Assembly (NCBI GenBank): GCA_963808895.1
Contig: CAWEHL010000004.1
Span: 771,463-835,462, forward strand
DNA length: 64,000 nt
Direction: 5' to 3'
Origin: an uncultured Chloroflexia bacterium
Lineage (GTDB): Bacteria; Chloroflexota; Limnocylindria; Limnocylindrales; CSP1-4
Shown here: piece after piece, positions 58,668 through 64,000 of the stretch
How positions within the stretch are numbered: position 1 is the first letter of the stretch
Layout: each line of letters opens with the position of its first letter
Notes under the pieces: model-generated
What the model was told of the DNA's origin: nothing
Databases searched by the model: none
The model's input: the letters and a program-made list of their open reading frames with translations, nothing else
Program-made: the position numbers and the translations under genes

Positions 58668-59873
58668 ATGCCGACGCGCACGGGCCGCCCGCTCCGCACC
58701 GCCGAGATCCTCAGCATCGGGTCCGAGCTGACGGTCGGAGAGACCCGCGATACGAACGCGGGGGAACTCGCTGCCGCGCTGACGGCCGAAGGCGTCGTCG
58801 TCGGGCGGATCGTGGCGCTGCCAGACCGGCTCGACGTCGTGAGCAGCGCGTTCTCGACGGCCTTCGAGCGTGCCGACCTGGTGGTGAGCACCGGTGGCCT
58901 CGGACCCACGCCCGATGACCTCACCCGCGAATCGATCGCAGCGGCGCTCGGTGAGACCGTGGAGGTCGACCCGGAGCTCGAGGCGTGGCTGCGCGGACGC
59001 TGGGAACGCCGAGGCATCCCGATGCCCGAGATCAACCTCAAGCAGGCCTGGCGCATCCCGTCGTGCGAGCCGCTCCCCAACCCCAACGGCTCAGCGCCGG
59101 GCTGGTTCATGAGCCGTCCCGATGGCGGCGTCGCGATCGCCCTCCCGGGGCCGCCGCGCGAGATGCGACCGATGTGGTCGAACGAGGTGCTGCCACGCCT
59201 CCGGGATCACGGCCTCGGCGCGGACAGCGCGGTCATCACCCTCCGCCTGACGGGCATCGGCGAGTCGGCGGTGGCCGAGGTCCTTGGCGAGGAGATGCTC
59301 CGCCGCGGCGACCCCGAGGTGGCGACGTATGCCAGGCTCGAGGCGGTCGACGTGCGGATCAGTGCGGTCGGTCCCGACGGCGAGGGACGGCCGCCGAACG
59401 AACGGGTCGATGCGGCCGCGGCCATCGTCCGCGAGCGGCTCGGTGAGCACATCTGGGCCGAGGGCGATACGAGCTGGGCCGCGGCGGTCGGCGAACGATT
59501 GACCGAGCGCGGTTGGCGACTCGCCGTCGAGGAGATCGGCACGGCCGGCCAGGTCGCGGTCCTGTTCGGTGAGGTCGCGTGGCTGGAGCTCGCCCGTATC
59601 CGGCCACCGGACGACGGCCCGTCCGCCGAAGGTGACGAAGCGGGGCTGATCTCGCGCGCCGCGTCGGTCCGGCATGACGCCGGAGTCGATGTCGGGCTGG
59701 CGGTCCGCATCCGTCCGCGAGCGAGTGAGTTCGCGGTGACCGTGGCGGTCGCGACGCCGGACGGCGAACGGCGTCAGACGCGCTCGACGTACTCGACCGG
59801 CGACATGGGCCGGCACCAGGCGGCCCTACTCGCGGCCGCCGTGCTGTTCGAGACGCTGAGCGACGGCCGCTAA
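58668..59873 (+). CDS. cinA: CinA-family competence/damage-inducible protein (MoCF-binding N-domain plus CinA/PncC-like C-domain)
   Basis: AEILSIGSELTVGETRDTNAGELAAAL...LVVSTGGLGPTPDDLTRE...NPNGSAPGW...LPGPPREMRPMW. Intact, 401 aa. Confidence 0.85.
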   Translation: MPTRTGRPLRTAEILSIGSELTVGETRDTNAGELAAALTAEGVVVGRIVALPDRLDVVSSAFSTAFERADLVVSTGGLGPTPDDLTRESIAAALGETVEVDPELEAWLRGRWERRGIPMPEINLKQAWRIPSCEPLPNPNGSAPGWFMSRPDGGVAIALPGPPREMRPMWSNEVLPRLRDHGLGADSAVITLRLTGIGESAVAEVLGEEMLRRGDPEVATYARLEAVDVRISAVGPDGEGRPPNERVDAAAAIVRERLGEHIWAEGDTSWAAAVGERLTERGWRLAVEEIGTAGQVAVLFGEVAWLELARIRPPDDGPSAEGDEAGLISRAASVRHDAGVDVGLAVRIRPRASEFAVTVAVATPDGERRQTRSTYSTGDMGRHQAALLAAAVLFETLSDGR

Positions 59874-59925
59874 GGCCGCTTGGCATCCCGTGGGAGCATC
59901 GGCGTCGCGCGCCCGACCTCCGGTG

Positions 59926-60663
59926 CTACCGGCGCGAGGTCCCGATCAGGCCGTCGACGTCGGTGACGACGATGCCCTCGCGCTCGAGTCGGATCAGACC
60001 GTCGTCGGTGAATTGACCGAGGAGCTTGTTCACGCTCTGACGCGTGCACCCCACCATCGCGGCGAGGTCGCCCTGGGTCAGGTTGCGGCGAAGACGGATG
60101 CCACCGTCGGGCAGCCGCGTCCCGCTCTCGTTGGCGAGCCGGACGAGCCGCGCCGCGAGACGCCCTGTGATATCGAGGAAATGCAGCTCCTCGACGTGCG
60201 TCGTGAGCCGCCGGAGCTCGCCCGCGATCGACGCGAGCAGCGCGTCGCGGACACCCGCCTCGGTCGCGATGAGCTCGCGGAATCGATCGCGTGGCAGGAC
60301 GACGGTCTCGGTGGCGCTCTGGGCGGTCGCGCTCGCCGAGCGTGGCGCGCCGTCGAGCAGGGCGAGCTCGCCGAAGACATCGCCGGCGCCGAGGGTGGCG
60401 AGGATCGCCTCCTCGCCGGTCTCCGACGGCAGCGAGATCTTGACGTCGCCCGCGACGATGACGAACAGGGCGTCACCGGGGTCCCCGAGGTGGAAGATCA
60501 CCTCTCCCCGACGGAAGCGGCGCGTGCGCATCGTGGCGGCAAGCCGCTCCATGGCCTCCGGTCCGAGACCGGCGAAGAACGGAATGGCAGCCAATGCCTC
60601 GCGGACCGGCCGACCGACCAGCATGCGGGCGATGGTAATCGTGTCGAACTGCCGACACATCAC
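59926..60663 (-). CDS. Crp/Fnr-family transcriptional regulator (cNMP-binding domain plus C-terminal HTH)
   Basis: cNMP-binding domain: RRFRRGEVIFHLGDPGDALFVIVAGDVKI...GDVFGELALLDGAPRSASA. HTH: LTQGDLAAMVGCTRQSVNKLLGQF. An alternative start lies at 60624. Confidence 0.88.
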   Translation of the reverse strand: MMCRQFDTITIARMLVGRPVREALAAIPFFAGLGPEAMERLAATMRTRRFRRGEVIFHLGDPGDALFVIVAGDVKISLPSETGEEAILATLGAGDVFGELALLDGAPRSASATAQSATETVVLPRDRFRELIATEAGVRDALLASIAGELRRLTTHVEELHFLDITGRLAARLVRLANESGTRLPDGGIRLRRNLTQGDLAAMVGCTRQSVNKLLGQFTDDGLIRLEREGIVVTDVDGLIGTSRR

Positions 60664-60692
60664 CCCCTGCCGCGCCGATACGATGCAGCGCC

Positions 60693-61517
60693 ATGACGGA
60701 CGTTGGTGCGCGCCTCCGGCTGACCGTGCTCGGCTGCAGCACGGCGGCTCCTCATCCGGCCACCCCGACGGCCGGATATCTCGTCGAATGGGGGTCGACC
60801 GCGATCCTGCTCGACTGCGGTCAGGGCGTGATCCGTGCCCTCCAACGGCTCATGGACCCGCACGATCTGTCGGCGATCATCATCGGCCACATGCACGCCG
60901 ACCACTATCTCGACATCGTCGGTCTGCGCTACCTGTTCCCATGGGGCGAACCGGCCCCTGACCCATTGCCGATCCATCTCCCACCCGGTGGCCGTGCGCG
61001 GCTCGATTCGCTGTCGAAGGCCGTCAGCGAGCGCGACGGGTTCTTCGACGCCGCGTTCGACGCTCGCGAGTACGAGCCCGACGGCACGCTCCAGATCGGC
61101 GAGCTCCGTGTGCGCGTGGTCAAGGGTCGCCACTACGTCCCGGCATGGGGCGTGGTCATCGACGCGCCCGACGGCTCGCGCCTCGCCTATACCGGTGATA
61201 CGGGTCCGTCGGCCTCGGTCGAGGAGGGTGTCCGCGACGCCGATCTGCTGCTGGTCGAGAGCGCCCTCGGTCTGGCCGCCCATGACGATCCCGAGCGTGG
61301 CCATCTCACCCCCGAGGAGGCGATCGAGCTCGCGCGCCACGCCGGCGCACGATCGGCGTTCCTCGTCCACTACGGTCCCGCCCGGAAGCCCGAGATGGAC
61401 AAGCTGTGCGAGGCCGCGGGCCCGTGGGTCCGGACGGCGGTCGACGGCCTCACCGTGACGGTGCGGCCGGCAGCCGAACGAGAGCGAACGCCAGAGCCTT
61501 CGGCCGCCCCCGCCTAG
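60693..61517 (+). CDS. MBL-fold metallo-hydrolase (RNase Z / class II phosphodiesterase-like)
   Basis: Intact 274-aa ORF: LTVLGCSTAAP...ILLDCGQG...IIIGHMHADHYLD (HxHxDH) ...YTGDTG...HLTPEEA. Confidence 0.8.
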   Translation: MTDVGARLRLTVLGCSTAAPHPATPTAGYLVEWGSTAILLDCGQGVIRALQRLMDPHDLSAIIIGHMHADHYLDIVGLRYLFPWGEPAPDPLPIHLPPGGRARLDSLSKAVSERDGFFDAAFDAREYEPDGTLQIGELRVRVVKGRHYVPAWGVVIDAPDGSRLAYTGDTGPSASVEEGVRDADLLLVESALGLAAHDDPERGHLTPEEAIELARHAGARSAFLVHYGPARKPEMDKLCEAAGPWVRTAVDGLTVTVRPAAERERTPEPSAAPA

Positions 61518-63691
61518 GACGGACCGATGGCCGGCGCTTCCTGCGCTGCCGTCTCCTGGTCCTGTCCCACGAGCTCGCGAAGCGAGTCGAATGCGATGAC
61601 CGCCTCGGCCGCGCGAGCGCGGTCGATCTCCGCTCCTGCGGGGTCGTCCGCAGCCGCGAGGTCCGCCGCCTGCCGCCACGACGCGGCGGCCTCCGCGACG
61701 GCACCCAGCGCGAGCGCGCTCTCCGCTGCCTCGCGGAGCAGTGGGATGGCTCGGCTGACGTCGCCGGCAGCCACCCGATGGGCCGCGATCTGGCTCGGCG
61801 TGCTCGGTTCGGGGCCGCGTTCGAGTCGATCGGCCAGGCGTTCGTGGAGGACCCGCCTCCGGCTCGCGAGCAGACCCGCGTACGCCGCGTCGTGGATGAG
61901 GGCGTGAGCGAACCGCCAGCGGTCGCCGTCGTGCGGCGTGACCAAAGCACTCGCGGCGAGCTGCTCGAAGGCATCGGCCGCGAGCGGGTCATCGAGCAGT
62001 GCCTCGACCGTCGATAGTCGGAAGCTGATGCCGATGACCGAGGCGACGCCAAGGGCGTCGCGCGCCCCGGACGGCAGCGCGTCGATACGGGCGCCGAGGA
62101 TCGCCCGGAGCGTGATCGGCAGACGCGTGCCGCTCCTCCCGCTCAGCGCGACCATGCCGTCGCGCCACGCCAGGGTCCCGTCCTCAAGGAAGGCGCGCAC
62201 GGTCTCACCGACGAAAAGCGGATTGCCCGCGGTGCGCTCGTGGATGCTTCGCGCGCCGTCGGCATCGACTGCGGCTCGGGCGACGATGGTCGCAAGGCGC
62301 GCGGTCTCCGGCTCGTCAAGGCCGGTCAGGTCGATGCGCCGGACGTCGGGGTGGGACGCCCAGCCCGGAAGCGGTCCGGGACGCGACGCGGCGAGCACGA
62401 CCATCGGGTGGTCGGCACACCGTTCGATGACGAGATCGACCATTCCCACGCTCGATGGGTCGAGCCATTGCAGGTCGTCGATGACGACCACGCGTGGCCC
62501 GGTGACGGCGACGAGGCGATCCATGTAGCGGGAAGCCACCTCGGCCAGCGCCAGGCTCACCTCGGCCGGGTCATTCGGGGTGTCGGCCGCCTCCGCCTCC
62601 CAGCCGGAGAACGCAGCGTCGCGGGCGATGGCCGCGATCGCCCCACCGAAACGGCGTCGCCTCGATTCGTCGAGATCATCCGTGAACAGGAGTTGCCGAG
62701 CCATCGTCCCCGAGTCGACGCCGTGCTCGTCGGCGATCACCTGCGCGAAGAGCCGCGCCCAGCGGTAGGGCTCGTTCTGCGCGTACGAGACGTTCTCCGT
62801 CCACGACCAGGCGAAGTCGCGGTCACGGGCCAGCCCTTCGACCGCTTGCAGCAGCCGCGTCTTGCCGACGCCGGCGTCGCCCTCGATGAGGAGTGCGGTC
62901 CCGCGGCCGGTCCGCTGGACCCGTTCGAGCACCGCGCGGATCGCTTCGAGCTCGGCGGTGCGGCCGACGAGCGGATCCGGGTTGGCGGCCCGGAACGGGA
63001 TCCACGGCCCGACGCCCGCCTCGCCCCGCAACGCGTGGAGCTGGACGGCGGTCGACTGGCCGCGCAGCACGACCGCGCCCCGCGCATCGGTCGCCAGGCG
63101 GCCGCGCGCGGCTCGCAGGGTGGCGTCGTCGAGCAGGATCTCGCCGGCCCGCGCCATCGATTGGATCCGGGCTGCGGTCGTGATGGCCTCGCCGGTCAGG
63201 CGCAGGTCACGGTCGATGGTGATCGAGGATGCGCCGGCGACGACCTCGCCTGTCGCGATGCCGATCCGGACATCCAGCGGTTCGGCGCCGGCCGCTGCCT
63301 CTTGCAGACCCGAGCGGATCGCGAGCGCGGCGAGCGCCGCTCGGACCGCGTCGTCGTCGTGCGCACGCGGCCAGCCGAACACCGCGAACACGGCATCGCC
63401 GATGAACTTCTCGCGGGTGCCCTCGAAGCGCTCGATCGCCGATGCCATCGTCATGAGCGCCGATGTCACACGGGCCCGAACGTCCTCGGGATCATGCTCG
63501 GCGAGCATCCGGACGTAGTCGACGAGGTCGGCGAAGAGGGCCGTGACGACACGCCGGTCACCCCCTTCGGCCGGCGGGGTGGGGCCTCCGGGCGCGCGAC
63601 CGACGCTATCGCCCACCGCGAACGACGCGCCGCAACGCGCACAGAACCGGGCATCGTCGTCCGCCTTGGCCCCGCACGACGGACAGCGCAC
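61514..63691 (-). CDS. multidomain signalling protein: N-terminal zinc ribbon, class III adenylate/guanylate cyclase domain, AAA_16/STAND-type ATPase, helical (TPR-like) C-terminus; no HTH seen
   Basis: GTG at 63691 gives V/MRCPSCGAKADDDARFCARCG. Cyclase domain: VVTALFADLVDYV...FIGDAVFAVFG...RIGIATGEVV. P-loop: ALLIEGDAGVGKTRLL. Also VVVIDDLQWLD and ERTAGNPLFVGE. Continuous frame of 725 aa. Confidence 0.85.
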   Translation of the reverse strand: MRCPSCGAKADDDARFCARCGASFAVGDSVGRAPGGPTPPAEGGDRRVVTALFADLVDYVRMLAEHDPEDVRARVTSALMTMASAIERFEGTREKFIGDAVFAVFGWPRAHDDDAVRAALAALAIRSGLQEAAAGAEPLDVRIGIATGEVVAGASSITIDRDLRLTGEAITTAARIQSMARAGEILLDDATLRAARGRLATDARGAVVLRGQSTAVQLHALRGEAGVGPWIPFRAANPDPLVGRTAELEAIRAVLERVQRTGRGTALLIEGDAGVGKTRLLQAVEGLARDRDFAWSWTENVSYAQNEPYRWARLFAQVIADEHGVDSGTMARQLLFTDDLDESRRRRFGGAIAAIARDAAFSGWEAEAADTPNDPAEVSLALAEVASRYMDRLVAVTGPRVVVIDDLQWLDPSSVGMVDLVIERCADHPMVVLAASRPGPLPGWASHPDVRRIDLTGLDEPETARLATIVARAAVDADGARSIHERTAGNPLFVGETVRAFLEDGTLAWRDGMVALSGRSGTRLPITLRAILGARIDALPSGARDALGVASVIGISFRLSTVEALLDDPLAADAFEQLAASALVTPHDGDRWRFAHALIHDAAYAGLLASRRRVLHERLADRLERGPEPSTPSQIAAHRVAAGDVSRAIPLLREAAESALALGAVAEAAASWRQAADLAAADDPAGAEIDRARAAEAVIAFDSLRELVGQDQETAAQEAPAIGPS

Positions 63692-63705
63692 GTCGTGCGA
63701 CGACC

Positions 63706-64000
63706 TCAGGAGATCGTCAGCAGCGGTCGCGCCTCCGCCGCCGCCGCGCGGACGCTCATCCGCGCCGCGACCGTTCGGGCGATCGCCGTGAGGGCCTGCG
63801 CCGCGGGGCCGGGCTCGCGCTGGGCGACGGCCGGAACGCCGACATCGCCGCCCTGACGGACCGTGACATCCAGCGGGACCCCTCCGAGATACTCGAGGCT
63901 GTGCTGTGCGGCGAAGCGCTCGCCGCCGCCCCGCCCGAAGATCTCGGTCAGCTCCCCGCAATGCGGGCAGGCGAAGGCCGTCATGTTCTCCACGAGGCCC
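63706..64000 (-). CDS. apbC: Mrp/ApbC/NBP35-family Fe-S cluster carrier ATPase, C-terminal part (the gene continues beyond the window end)
   Basis: VENMTAFACPHCGELTEIFGRGGGERFAAQHSLEYLGGVPLDVTVRQGGDVGVPAV has the conserved CPxC motif region of the Mrp family. The frame stays open to the window edge. Confidence 0.75.
   Translation of the reverse strand, partial: GLVENMTAFACPHCGELTEIFGRGGGERFAAQHSLEYLGGVPLDVTVRQGGDVGVPAVAQREPGPAAQALTAIARTVAARMSVRAAAAEARPLLTIS

Overview
This is a 64-kb, very GC-rich chromosomal segment (about 70% by eye, not computed). It looks like a monoderm-type, Chloroflexota- or Actinomycetota-like bacterium. That guess rests on the tig-clpP-clpX/valS neighbourhood, a T-box leader on valS, and an FHA-FHA-RodA-PBP cell-wall operon. 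I support about 58 protein-coding genes. I found no rRNA, no intact tRNA, no CRISPR array, and no transposase, integrase or phage structural gene.

Content from left to right:
- PfkB kinase (partial), ychF, a 2-hydroxyacid dehydrogenase, a DUF2342 metalloprotease, murI, and a receiver-CpaE/MinD-type ATPase.
- An M20 amidohydrolase / agmatinase-family / methyltransferase operon.
- A UvrD-type helicase fused to a Cas4/AddB-like nuclease, then DUF4446, VOC and rarA.
- A tRNA-Arg-like fragment followed by an ArsR-SRPBCC-CDF module.
- murJ, and a serC-like / serA / histidine-phosphatase operon.
- A MoxR-DUF58-transglutaminase operon.
- fhaA-like / fhaB-like / rodA / pbpA plus a small TM protein.
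- Several zinc-ribbon proteins of unknown function, with a YihY/BrkB membrane protein.
- A glycoside locus: GH13, Gfo/Idh/MocA oxidoreductase, GH38, a sugar ABC transporter and an EEP hydrolase.
- valS with its T-box, then DUF4242, clpX, clpP and tig.
- An ion/membrane cluster: CPA1 antiporter, TMEM175-like channel and a Holin-X-like protein.
- cinA, then Crp/Fnr, an MBL-fold hydrolase and a zinc-ribbon-cyclase-STAND protein, and apbC/mrp (partial).

Main caveat: about 20 genes are interrupted as sequenced, including the essential valS, murJ, murI and serA. I hand-count at least about 50 frame changes plus two in-frame TAG codons, and they fall in discrete blocks. I label these genes 'pseudogene' in the formal, as-sequenced sense only. 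Uncorrected indel errors are the more likely cause.

Because GC is high, most long ORFs in the supplied track are alternate-frame or antisense artefacts, or read-through chimeras. I chose frames by recognisable family motifs and by the recurrent ATGA/GTGA start-stop overlaps.

I did not recognise an unmistakable new system. The best candidates for follow-up are the Crp / MBL / zinc-ribbon-cyclase-STAND trio, the unknown-FmdB-YihY operon with the convergent zinc-ribbon/disordered protein, the kinase-less and phosphatase-less FHA operon, and the tRNA fragment beside the metal module.
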